The translations under genes were made by a program, and so were the position numbers. Of a stretch of DNA of 64,000 bases, positions 53,411 to 64,000 are shown piece after piece. Source of the stretch: an uncultured virus (IMG/VR IMGVR_UViG_3300042391_000450) (lineage: Duplodnaviria > Heunggongvirae > Uroviricota > Caudoviricetes); IMG/VR virus record IMGVR_UViG_3300042391_000450, one strand, 5' to 3'. Under the pieces are notes generated by a model. It worked only from the letters and a program-made list of their open reading frames with translations. It made no database searches and was not told the origin of the DNA. Every line of letters begins with the position of its first letter. Within the stretch, counting starts at the first letter, position 1.

Positions 53411-56392
53411 ATGAGTATGAAAGATTTATTAAACAAAATGACTGAACTTCAAGGCACTACTAAAGAAGAGAAAGTTACTACTACTGGTAAAAGAGTTCTA
53501 AACGAAAGTGCTGAACGCCCGTATGTATGTGTTCATGCTAAAAAAGGCAAGTATGAAGTTAAGGCTAACTCTAGTTATGAAGCTGTTAAAAAAGCTGCTG
53601 ATAAATGGAAGTTGAAATCAACTGCTGGTATTGATGCTTATGTGGCTGATAAACCCATTTCTGCTGCAAGTTTAGAAGAAAACACGAAGCCATCTTTAAA
53701 AAGTATGTTTAACGCTTTACTTGCTGAAGCTGAACAAGTTACTATTCAACCAGCTCAACAAAACACTCAAGTAATCAAGCAAGGTAATAAAACTCTTGGT
53801 ACAGTTACTAATCCTAATCTAGCTAATCAAATTAAGCAAAGCATTGGTAAAGGTGAAATGAGTTTAGCTGGTGATGAATTAAATGAAGTTGATGATGATT
53901 ATGACGGTGATGATTACGATCATGATGACGGCAGTGATCAATATGCTACAGAATTACACGGTCTTCATCTTGGTGATGTAGTAAAAGCTAACTATAACGG
54001 TAAAACTGTAATAGGTAAAATTAGTGAATTACACCCAACTTATCTTGAAGTGGAATTAGAATTAACTGGAAGAAATGCTGGTAAAACAGTTATAGTTGAT
54101 GTTAGAGAAACTGAATATGTAGATAATCTTAATGAAGCCAAGCTAACCGAAAAAGCAAAAAGTAAGTCACAGCAACAAGCAGCTGGTGCAGCATTAGCAG
54201 CTAAGCGCGGTGATGCTCCAAAAAGCACACTAAAAGGTGCATCAAAAGAAATGGCAAAAATGCCCGCTAAAGAGTTAGAAAAGTTTGCGAAAACTAAACA
54301 CAAAGGCTTACCTGACAAAAAAGAAAAAACTAACGAAGAAAAGGGTTCTCCTTTAATGTGGAAAGATATAAAGACAAAAAAAACAACTCCTGCATTATGT
54401 ACTCAACACAACAAACCCTTATTCAAGAAAGGGGAAGGTGCGAATGCTAAGTATGCTTGTGCAGATTGTCCTAAACCTGAAAAGAATAAAACTGATGAAG
54501 CAGCTATGCCAACCAATGACAGCGACTTTGGTGCAGGATTAGGCGCTGGAAGAAACAGCAAGACTTTAGAAGCTAAAAAAGCCAAGCCAGATTTTCTAGA
54601 CTTAGACAAAGATGGCAACAAGAAAGAATCAATGAAAAAGGCAGCAGCCGACAAACAAAAGGTATCAACAATGAAAAAGACAAATGAAGCTAAAGCTAAG
54701 CCAGACTTTTTAGACTTAGATAAAGATGGTGACAAAAAAGAACCAATGAAAAAAGCTGCGGCGGACAAGAAAACAGGTTCTACTGATAAAAAGAGCAGTG
54801 CAGGGTTAACCGCCGCGCAGAAAAAGTTACCGGCTGGTTTACAAAAAGCTGTTGCGAAAAAGAAAACAGTTAAAGAAGGCACAAATCCAACCGAGTCAGC
54901 AAGATTACTTGGTAAAGCACATGCTATGGCAAATGATACTTTCAGTTGTAAGTATGAAGAAGGTTCACAAGAAGCACAAGCTTATCTTGATGGATACAAA
55001 TCTGGTTTAGACGAATGCTATGGATCAGGCGGCATGGGAATGCAACAAGATATCGGTATGATGCCTGGTATGGTATCACAAGATTCTATGATGGATACTC
55101 CTTCACCAAGAGGCGGTAGTGAGTTTGCGTTTGGTGGATTTGATGATGTGAGTGATGACGATATGATGGCGTTTGAGTCATGGGATCGTGAACTAAATGC
55201 TTTATTGAATGAAGCAGTAACACCTAAATTCCAAGTTCGTTATTTACCTAACAACCGAGACACGTATAAAATAGAGAAAGGATTCGCGAGTAAAAAAGAA
55301 GCTCAGGATTGGATAAAGGGAGAAAATCTACGAGATAGGGCAGAAGATATTAGTATTGAAACTAGTACGAGCAAAGAAGTTAATGAAGGCAAAATTAAAG
55401 ACATTGATATTGACATGACACACATGACTGATACTAAGTTTAAAGAAAAGTATGGTAAATCAAAAGCTGACATGAAAAAAGACTTGTCTGGTTCTACTGA
55501 CAAAAAACCAGTAAAAGAAGGTATGACTGTTTCCGTTTCTAAAGGACAACAAGGATCACCTGACTCTGTTACTATTTCAGCACAAGATAGTGAAGCCGAT
55601 CAGTTACTAAGTCTGATTAAGCAAGCTGGCTTAGGATTGTTCGGCGGTGAAGACACTGCGCGAACTAGCGCATATGGTGCTCCGGTACAATCTGATGCAG
55701 GATCGCAAAGTGTATATCCTGACTCAAATGTAGATACTGGAGATCATGATGGCATGATGGCACTGATGCAGAAAGTAGCAGGCAATGATTACGAGGATGA
55801 AGAATCTCAAGATGCATCATGTGACGTATGTGGATCAGGTGATTGTGGATGCAATGATTCAGACAGTAAAGCATTGGTAGTTGGTGAAGAACAAGGCTAC
55901 GATGACAAAGAAGATGAATCATTGGGAATGCGTACAGGTAAAGAATCTGGTAAAGAACAATCTATGAAAGATCGTAGAGATGATTCTTATGGAAAATTTG
56001 GAAAAAGAACAGACGAAGATGAAACTGAAGATCAAATGGAGTTTGAAGTATCCGAAGCAAATGCTCCTGATTCCGGTGAAGCTGAAACTACTGCTGACGA
56101 AAACGCAGAAGCTAAAGAAGATCAAGCACTAGCTGGTGCAATGTCTGACAACGAAGAAGAAATTGACGAAAGCGAAGAAGAATTAACTGAGTGGGCTAAT
56201 GACGCTGGATATCAAGGTTCTGAAAACATAAAAGACAATACGTTTGAACAAGACATTGAGTTTATGACTAGAGTTATTTCAGGTGGATTGAACGGACAAA
56301 AACAAGATCAAACTACTTTACCGCATACTAAAGTTAAAGTAGCAGAGTCTAGTTTGCTTGATGATTGGAAGAAACTAAGCGGAATAAGATAA
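53411..56392 (+). CDS. Modular prohead core/internal protein with many x-x-E sites
   Basis: AAGGA SD before ATG 53411; DUF3008-like block, two KPDFLDLDKDG repeats, Zn-ribbon, acidic tail, ends KKLSGIR. Confidence 0.75.
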   Translation: MSMKDLLNKMTELQGTTKEEKVTTTGKRVLNESAERPYVCVHAKKGKYEVKANSSYEAVKKAADKWKLKSTAGIDAYVADKPISAASLEENTKPSLKSMFNALLAEAEQVTIQPAQQNTQVIKQGNKTLGTVTNPNLANQIKQSIGKGEMSLAGDELNEVDDDYDGDDYDHDDGSDQYATELHGLHLGDVVKANYNGKTVIGKISELHPTYLEVELELTGRNAGKTVIVDVRETEYVDNLNEAKLTEKAKSKSQQQAAGAALAAKRGDAPKSTLKGASKEMAKMPAKELEKFAKTKHKGLPDKKEKTNEEKGSPLMWKDIKTKKTTPALCTQHNKPLFKKGEGANAKYACADCPKPEKNKTDEAAMPTNDSDFGAGLGAGRNSKTLEAKKAKPDFLDLDKDGNKKESMKKAAADKQKVSTMKKTNEAKAKPDFLDLDKDGDKKEPMKKAAADKKTGSTDKKSSAGLTAAQKKLPAGLQKAVAKKKTVKEGTNPTESARLLGKAHAMANDTFSCKYEEGSQEAQAYLDGYKSGLDECYGSGGMGMQQDIGMMPGMVSQDSMMDTPSPRGGSEFAFGGFDDVSDDDMMAFESWDRELNALLNEAVTPKFQVRYLPNNRDTYKIEKGFASKKEAQDWIKGENLRDRAEDISIETSTSKEVNEGKIKDIDIDMTHMTDTKFKEKYGKSKADMKKDLSGSTDKKPVKEGMTVSVSKGQQGSPDSVTISAQDSEADQLLSLIKQAGLGLFGGEDTARTSAYGAPVQSDAGSQSVYPDSNVDTGDHDGMMALMQKVAGNDYEDEESQDASCDVCGSGDCGCNDSDSKALVVGEEQGYDDKEDESLGMRTGKESGKEQSMKDRRDDSYGKFGKRTDEDETEDQMEFEVSEANAPDSGEAETTADENAEAKEDQALAGAMSDNEEEIDESEEELTEWANDAGYQGSENIKDNTFEQDIEFMTRVISGGLNGQKQDQTTLPHTKVKVAESSLLDDWKKLSGIR

Positions 56393-56425
56393 TAATAATA
56401 ATAATGCTCAACTGAACGTTTCTTT

Positions 56426-56452
56426 AATACCCGGTTCGCCGGGTATTTTTTT
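56426..56452 (+). terminator. Rho-independent terminator
   Basis: AATACCCGG-TTCG-CCGGGTATT plus T-tract. Confidence 0.92.
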
Positions 56453-56499
56453 GTTTGTAACAATGATAAATACAGTAATATATTATAGAGGATATACTT

Positions 56500-58290
<1,791 letters not shown>

Positions 58291-58301
58291 AGGAAATATA
58301 A

Positions 58302-58922
58302 ATGATTACATTATCTTTACTACAACAAATAGCTCCTAAAACTAAAAAAGAAGTTTTAGAAACATACGTTGCCCCACTCAATGCTGTGTGTAAAAAATAT
58401 GGTATTTTAGATAACCATAAAAGAACAGCCGCATTTTTAGCGCAAGTTGCACACGAGTCAGGTGGTTTTAATTTTACTAAAGAAAACTTAAATTATAATG
58501 CTAAAGCATTACAATCAGTATTTAAAAAGTATTATTCAACAGAAAAAGACGCATTAGTACATGAAAGAAAGCCAGAACAAATCGCTAACAAAGTATACGC
58601 AAGCAGAATGGGAAATGGTGATGAAAAATCAGGAGACGGTTGGACTTACAGAGGTCGCGGTTTAATTCAGTTAACTGGTAAAGAAAATTATACTAAGTTT
58701 GCTGAATCTATAAAAAAGCCAATAACAGAAGCAGTTAGTTATCTAGAAACCGCAGAAGGTGCTGTAGCTAGTGCTGCTTGGTTTTGGGATAAGAATAAAT
58801 TAAATGATTTATGTGATAAAGACGATTTTGTTACACTAACAAAAAGAATCAATGGTGGAACAAACGGGTTAGAAGATAGAAAGCATCACTACGAGTTAGC
58901 ATTAAAAGCATTAAAAGGATAA
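58302..58922 (+). CDS. Glycoside hydrolase family 19 endolysin
   Basis: FLAQ..HESG.F...ENLNY, YRGRGLIQLTG..NY, SA.WFW, RINGG.NGL.DR. Confidence 0.93.
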   Translation: MITLSLLQQIAPKTKKEVLETYVAPLNAVCKKYGILDNHKRTAAFLAQVAHESGGFNFTKENLNYNAKALQSVFKKYYSTEKDALVHERKPEQIANKVYASRMGNGDEKSGDGWTYRGRGLIQLTGKENYTKFAESIKKPITEAVSYLETAEGAVASAAWFWDKNKLNDLCDKDDFVTLTKRINGGTNGLEDRKHHYELALKALKG

Positions 58923-58923
58923 T

Positions 58924-61542
58924 ATGTCTCAACCAAATTGGACTACACCTGCAGGCAGTATAGGATCATATCCAGCACTAGTATTATTATCTGTGCAGTT
59001 ACTGGCTCAGCCGGTAGCACCTGCTGCAACCGTAACTTATACATTGATAAGCGGATCATTACCTGAGGGTTTGAGTTTATCCAATATTGGTTTAATATCA
59101 GGAACTCCTATAATAGTTATTAGCGATACGACTTATACATTTGTGGTTAGAGTTACAGACAATTTAGGAAACATAAGAGACAGAACATTTTCTATGATAA
59201 TTTCAGGAGTAGCATCTCCTGAATTTACTACCCCTACTGGTAGTATATTAAATACTCCAGACAGTACATGGGTACAATTACCTATTGAATATAGTAATCC
59301 ATTAAGTAACAATTTAGTTGCTATCAGAATAATACAAGGACAACTACCGCCAGGTTTAGAAATAAACACTAACGGACTGATACGAGGTTATGCTGAGCCA
59401 CCAATTAATAATGTTAACTTGGGTGCGGTAAATACATCTATAACTTCTACAAATTCAAATATTATAACTTGTTTAAGTACTACTGGGTTTAGAATAGGAA
59501 GACCTATAATATTTTCAGGTACACCGTTTGGCGGTATAGTAGCATCGCAAACTTATTACATTAAAACTTTTGATGAATCTTCTTTTACTATATCAAATAT
59601 TGTTGGAGGATCAACCGTTGTATTAAGTAATGACGTAGGATACATGACTGCTAGCCTACCTAACATATCAATAGGACAACCTACTACACGCACATATTCA
59701 TTTACTGTAAAACTAGAAAGCTTATTAGGCAGTGACATAGAATCCTATAACATTACCGTAGTGAATCAAAATGCTCCCGAAGCAGAAGGTGGACCTAAAC
59801 CTGCGAATTCCAGAGAGCCTACTATATACAACACTAGACCCCCTACATTTAATATAAATGAATCTACCCCTTACTATGGTTACTATGTATTACCACCAAA
59901 CGAACAAGGTAATACCTATCTTCCTACAGAAGATGCTTATATAGGTAGTATTACCAGTGATAATATATTTTCGTTTAAGGTAATAGGTCATGACTTTGAT
60001 AGCAATGTATTAACTTATACATTTGCAGACTTACCATCAGGACTAACAGCAAATAGTGCTACTGGCTGGATCACAGGCAATCCCGTAATAGCTAATAATT
60101 CTATAAGTGAATTTTCATTTAGTGTAGCGGTAGCTAAAGCTGGTAACCCAGCTATCACTACTCCTTCTTATAACTTTTCATATAGACTAGTTAACAATTT
60201 GATAGGTGATATATTCTGGATAACTCCTTCTGATTTAGGGCAAATAGAAAATAGTACAGTTAGTGTTTTAAGTGTAGTGGCAGAATCAGATGTAAACTTA
60301 GAATACAGATTAGTAAGCGGAACTCTTCCACCTAATTTGGTTTTGTTGTCTAACGGAGAAATTACTGGTACAGTAGCATATCAACCTACAGATACATTAT
60401 TACCAGCAGGCGCTATTACTGACTTTACATTTGAGATAGAAGCGTTTTCTCCTCTATATTCAACGGTTGTTAACTCTACACGAACTTTTACTTTATCAGT
60501 GGTGCAGCAATATACACAGCCAACTGACACACTATACATTAAGTGTACACCAAGTATACAAGATAGAAATTTACTAAGAACTTTATTGAATGATACTACA
60601 CTAATACCTGACAGTTATTTATATAGACCAACAGATTTAAATTTTGGTAAAGCAACTAGTGTTATATATGCTCATGCTTATGGAATATATGCTAATGATT
60701 TAGACGCATATGTAGCTGCGGTTACTAAAAATCATTATTGGAGAAATATTACATTAGGTGAATTAAATACCGCAGTAGCAAAGAATGATGCAGGCGAAGT
60801 TATATATGAAGTTGTATATAGTTCAGTAATTGATAACTTGATAAACCCTGAAGGTGTTAGTGTCAGTAAAGAAATAGTTTGGCCTAGACTTATAGATTTA
60901 AACTTAGGTCCATGGTATACAAGTGTTACTGATATTTATACTAGTTACATAAATGCACCAGTTGAGGGACAGTCTTGGCTAACACAAAATAATGAATATA
61001 TTACCTCTGAGGATTTGTTCATTTTAGAAACTGAATCAGGTCAGCCCGGTTTTTATACTAGTTTAACTCCCGGATATGCAACCGTTTTATATCCTAACAG
61101 TTTACCTAATATGAGAGAACAAGTGGGGGAAGAATTAGGGCAAGAATATAATTTTAGACTGTATCCAAGATGGATGACTTCACAACAAGCGAATGGTAGC
61201 ACATTAGGATTTACACCAGCTTGGGTTATTGCTTATTGTAAGCCAGGAACAACAACATTAAATGGTCAAACTGTAACTTACGGTGAGTATATCAAGTATC
61301 AAATAGAAAATAATTGGCAAGATCCTGTAACAAATTATAAATTTCAACTTAACGAAATTAACTTTAAGATAGATAGATTTACTGTAGATAAGAGTTTGAC
61401 ATATAACTATGATAATAATTTAAGTCCGGCTACGTGGATTGGATTACCAAGTGCGACTCCAGTACCAAATCCAGTGAATAGTAATGATTTTTATACACTA
61501 TTTCCTAGAAAAACTATTTTACCCGATGAAACTCAGTACTAA
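58924..61542 (+). CDS. Baseplate wedge-like protein with Ig-like (He_PIG) repeats
   Basis: Repeated W.TP.G..G / SG.LP.GL.L...G.I.G units; YEVVY, YPNS..NMR, P.WM.S.Q, IDRF. Confidence 0.75.
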   Translation: MSQPNWTTPAGSIGSYPALVLLSVQLLAQPVAPAATVTYTLISGSLPEGLSLSNIGLISGTPIIVISDTTYTFVVRVTDNLGNIRDRTFSMIISGVASPEFTTPTGSILNTPDSTWVQLPIEYSNPLSNNLVAIRIIQGQLPPGLEINTNGLIRGYAEPPINNVNLGAVNTSITSTNSNIITCLSTTGFRIGRPIIFSGTPFGGIVASQTYYIKTFDESSFTISNIVGGSTVVLSNDVGYMTASLPNISIGQPTTRTYSFTVKLESLLGSDIESYNITVVNQNAPEAEGGPKPANSREPTIYNTRPPTFNINESTPYYGYYVLPPNEQGNTYLPTEDAYIGSITSDNIFSFKVIGHDFDSNVLTYTFADLPSGLTANSATGWITGNPVIANNSISEFSFSVAVAKAGNPAITTPSYNFSYRLVNNLIGDIFWITPSDLGQIENSTVSVLSVVAESDVNLEYRLVSGTLPPNLVLLSNGEITGTVAYQPTDTLLPAGAITDFTFEIEAFSPLYSTVVNSTRTFTLSVVQQYTQPTDTLYIKCTPSIQDRNLLRTLLNDTTLIPDSYLYRPTDLNFGKATSVIYAHAYGIYANDLDAYVAAVTKNHYWRNITLGELNTAVAKNDAGEVIYEVVYSSVIDNLINPEGVSVSKEIVWPRLIDLNLGPWYTSVTDIYTSYINAPVEGQSWLTQNNEYITSEDLFILETESGQPGFYTSLTPGYATVLYPNSLPNMREQVGEELGQEYNFRLYPRWMTSQQANGSTLGFTPAWVIAYCKPGTTTLNGQTVTYGEYIKYQIENNWQDPVTNYKFQLNEINFKIDRFTVDKSLTYNYDNNLSPATWIGLPSATPVPNPVNSNDFYTLFPRKTILPDETQY

Positions 61543-61572
61543 ATACTGTATAAATGAAATTAGGAATTAAGA

Positions 61573-62868
61573 ATGAGCACAATTAATACCAATGGAATAA
61601 ATGTAAACTATCCTATACCGGGAGAGAATAATTCTACTCAAGGTTTTAGAGATAACTTTGCATCTATCAAAACGAATTTAAATACTGCCGGAACAGAAAT
61701 AACTGATCTTCAGAATAAAGTAGTTCTTAAAGCTGCGTTGAATGGTTCTACAATTAACAACGACATGGCTAATACTCTTATTAGCAATGCTTCTACTAGA
61801 TCGTTTAGAGCTACTACTTATAATTTAGGTAATGCGTTATCAGGCACTGTTTTAGTTAACGTAGCACAAGCAGATGTACAATATGGTAATGTAGCAGGAA
61901 ATGTAACATTACAGTTTGGTTCTTGGGCTCCCACTAACACAGAAAGTGCTATTACTTTGCGTTTAGGCATTAGTAATAGTAGTGCAGTTATAACATTTCC
62001 TAGTCAAGTAGTAGCATCAAATAATAATTTTGGTGGAACTATTTTAGAAAACTATGCAAACATAGCAAACGTAATTACAATTACAGCGCCGTACGATGTT
62101 GAGCAGTTAGAATTTAAACTAAGAACATTAGATTGCGGTAATACTATTACTATAGAACCTATGAATAGACCCTACCAGTCTACTCAAATTATAAAAAGAA
62201 CTCCTCCAAGTACCGGCCAACAAGGTGACAAAGTAGGTACTGTTTGTATTGATACCGGTACAAGTCAGTTAGTTGTTACTGGTGCAAATACTGATCCTTA
62301 TTTTACAACGTCAAGCACAACAACTCTGTATCCAGGATTATCAGTAACCTTTACAGGAACTAGTTTAGAAGCAAACGTTGTAGTAGGTAATACTTATTAT
62401 ATTAGAAACGTAGTAAACAGTACACGATTTACTGTATCTTCTACCGTAAGCGGATCAAATATTGCTATAGGTGCTAACGCTACAGGAACAGCAATGCTGT
62501 TAAATGCCGTACAGTATATGTATGTTGCTGTAGCAAATTACTCTGCAAATGCATTCAATAGAAATATAGCTAATACCACCTCTCCGAATATCATAACTGT
62601 AAGTGGATCAACAGCTAACTTAGAAGTAAATAATCCTATTATTTTCGCAGGTAATGCTTCGGGTAATACTGCTAACATAGAACTAGATACAGTATATTAC
62701 ATTAATTCAGTGTCAGGTAGTAATGTAACTATTAGTAAGACTAGATACAACGGTGTAGCAGGACCTGAATATACTAATATTACTACAGTTAGTTCTAATG
62801 TTGATATTGATTATACGGTATACGACGGACCAGATATTTTTAGAAGAACAACGTTGAATCCATTCTAA
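61573..62868 (+). CDS. Virion structural (baseplate/fibre) protein
   Basis: ACTAAATA at 61538; IN.NYP..G.NNSTQGFRDNF..IK motif; G..GD..G; YYI modules. Confidence 0.75.
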   Translation: MSTINTNGINVNYPIPGENNSTQGFRDNFASIKTNLNTAGTEITDLQNKVVLKAALNGSTINNDMANTLISNASTRSFRATTYNLGNALSGTVLVNVAQADVQYGNVAGNVTLQFGSWAPTNTESAITLRLGISNSSAVITFPSQVVASNNNFGGTILENYANIANVITITAPYDVEQLEFKLRTLDCGNTITIEPMNRPYQSTQIIKRTPPSTGQQGDKVGTVCIDTGTSQLVVTGANTDPYFTTSSTTTLYPGLSVTFTGTSLEANVVVGNTYYIRNVVNSTRFTVSSTVSGSNIAIGANATGTAMLLNAVQYMYVAVANYSANAFNRNIANTTSPNIITVSGSTANLEVNNPIIFAGNASGNTANIELDTVYYINSVSGSNVTISKTRYNGVAGPEYTNITTVSSNVDIDYTVYDGPDIFRRTTLNPF

Positions 62869-62870
62869 TT

Positions 62871-63110
62871 ATGGAACATCCATTTATAGTATCACTTACA
62901 GATAAAAATTTAGAAGAGCTCCAGAATACGTTATCCGATTTGTACGGTAAATTAAATTTTGCATACAGATCGGGTAATGGAGCATTGATCAGTCAAATAC
63001 ATATGGTTATAGAAAGTTATCGGACTGAATATAATAAAAGAATGGACGAAATGATCAAAAAGCAAAACATTAACGCTCAAATTAACATTGAAAAAGGTAG
63101 TAAGAGTTAA
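62871..63110 (+). CDS. Hypothetical protein
   Basis: MEHPF...L...L.EL...L..KL helical, 79 aa. Confidence 0.75.
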   Translation: MEHPFIVSLTDKNLEELQNTLSDLYGKLNFAYRSGNGALISQIHMVIESYRTEYNKRMDEMIKKQNINAQINIEKGSKS

Positions 63111-63154
63111 CCTTTTTCATTGACATAAACTTACAATTAATATATCATCAATCA

Positions 63155-63661
63155 ATGATTATTGATAACTTCGGTCAGCACATCTTTAACGAAAAAGACA
63201 TATGTAATTTGTACATGACTGACCCTACTCGGCAGTTAAAATCATTACTTGTAAAAGAAGTAATTAACTTTGATTCAGAACTAGATTTACAAAAACTACC
63301 AGAACTTCTTGAATATCAAACCAGTGACCAAACTATTGAAGAATTTGACAACATAAGATCAACCGAATGGTTCATGCCTGAAGAATATAAAAATTTTGAT
63401 ATTGCTAAATGGATTTTAGAGCAATGCAAAACTGATGAAGAATTACAACGCGCAGGAGAAGAACTGATTATGTTTCAAGAACGAGACATGTTTATTCTTC
63501 TTCAATACTTAAAATATTTAGTAGACACTATGCGTAAACATAACATAGTATGGGGTGTAGGTAGAGGTAGTAGTATTGCTAGTTTTGTTTTATATCTAAT
63601 AGGGATACATAGGATAAATAGTTTATACTATCAAATATCAATTAATGAGTTTTTAAAATAG
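63155..63661 (+). CDS. dnaE: Miniature DNA polymerase III alpha, N-terminal (GRGS) half
   Basis: R..EEL......L.YLVD......WGVGRGSSIASFVLYLIGIH.I...Y....EFL; TTGACA-N17-TATCAT-N6-ATG. Confidence 0.85.
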   Translation: MIIDNFGQHIFNEKDICNLYMTDPTRQLKSLLVKEVINFDSELDLQKLPELLEYQTSDQTIEEFDNIRSTEWFMPEEYKNFDIAKWILEQCKTDEELQRAGEELIMFQERDMFILLQYLKYLVDTMRKHNIVWGVGRGSSIASFVLYLIGIHRINSLYYQISINEFLK

Positions 63662-63668
63662 GAGACTA

Positions 63669-64000
63669 ATGATGACAAAGTATAGAACTGCAATGGGAAA
63701 GACGATAGACATGGCTTCACTAACCGCAAAAAATGAAAAGGTAAGAGCCGTAGGTAACATGAGTGTAAATGCTCGTGGAGACACGATTGATGCTCAAGGT
63801 AACGTAATAGTACCTGCTACAAAAAAAGTAAGTAATAATTATCAAAAAACTGTGGGTAATAGGTCAGCAAACGTAGTAAAACCCCAACCAAAAGCTAATA
63901 AACCTACACCTGAACTAACACCAGATGAAATTGAACTAGAACAATCTCTTGACGATGATATAGAAATAGAACAAATTAAAGCAAAAGAAAGGAAAAGTAC
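63669..64000 (+). CDS. Hypothetical protein (runs off window end)
   Basis: AGGAG SD; MMTKYRTAMGKTIDMASLTAKNEKVRAVGNMSVNARGD... Confidence 0.75.
   Translation, partial: MMTKYRTAMGKTIDMASLTAKNEKVRAVGNMSVNARGDTIDAQGNVIVPATKKVSNNYQKTVGNRSANVVKPQPKANKPTPELTPDEIELEQSLDDDIEIEQIKAKERKS

Noticed and set aside
56389..56405. (TAA)n microsatellite after the 53411 gene
   Set aside because: Short AT-rich run of stop codons before a terminator; no evidence of function

Overview
This 64 kb window is part of a large AT-rich, T4-like (myovirus, probably jumbo) phage genome. The host is most likely a beta- or gamma-proteobacterium, inferred from the sigma70 promoters, IHF-consensus boxes, proteobacterial-type IscA and GH19 lysin. 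Layout: (1) 1-3.5 kb, three minus-strand exported/membrane proteins. (2) 3.6-17.5 kb, an early region of small genes, most behind a repeated TTGACW-N16-TATAAT promoter cassette (phosphoesterase, HD hydrolase, kinase, RNA ligase, rIIA/rIIB, ParB-like, AAA ATPase). (3) 17.5-28 kb, replication genes (UvsW, exonuclease, DnaE fragment, deformylase, primase, helicase). (4) 28-64 kb, mostly late/virion genes behind (G/A)ATAAATA or ACTAAATA promoters (neck gp13/14/15, sheath, tube, gp4, fibres, GH19 lysin, baseplate). The strongest leads are: a miniaturised DnaE split into two sequence-complementary genes 40 kb apart with no intein; a ~410 nt highly structured non-coding element at 43.34-43.75 kb with its own candidate promoter; IHF-box/promoter cassettes whose TAA often is the upstream stop codon; a late Pol-beta-NTase/ligase-like fusion; a two-gene convergent insert bounded by promoter+ATG inverted repeats; and apparently leaderless transcripts. 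All product calls come from motifs read by eye; no database searches were run. No tRNA, rRNA or CRISPR array was seen.
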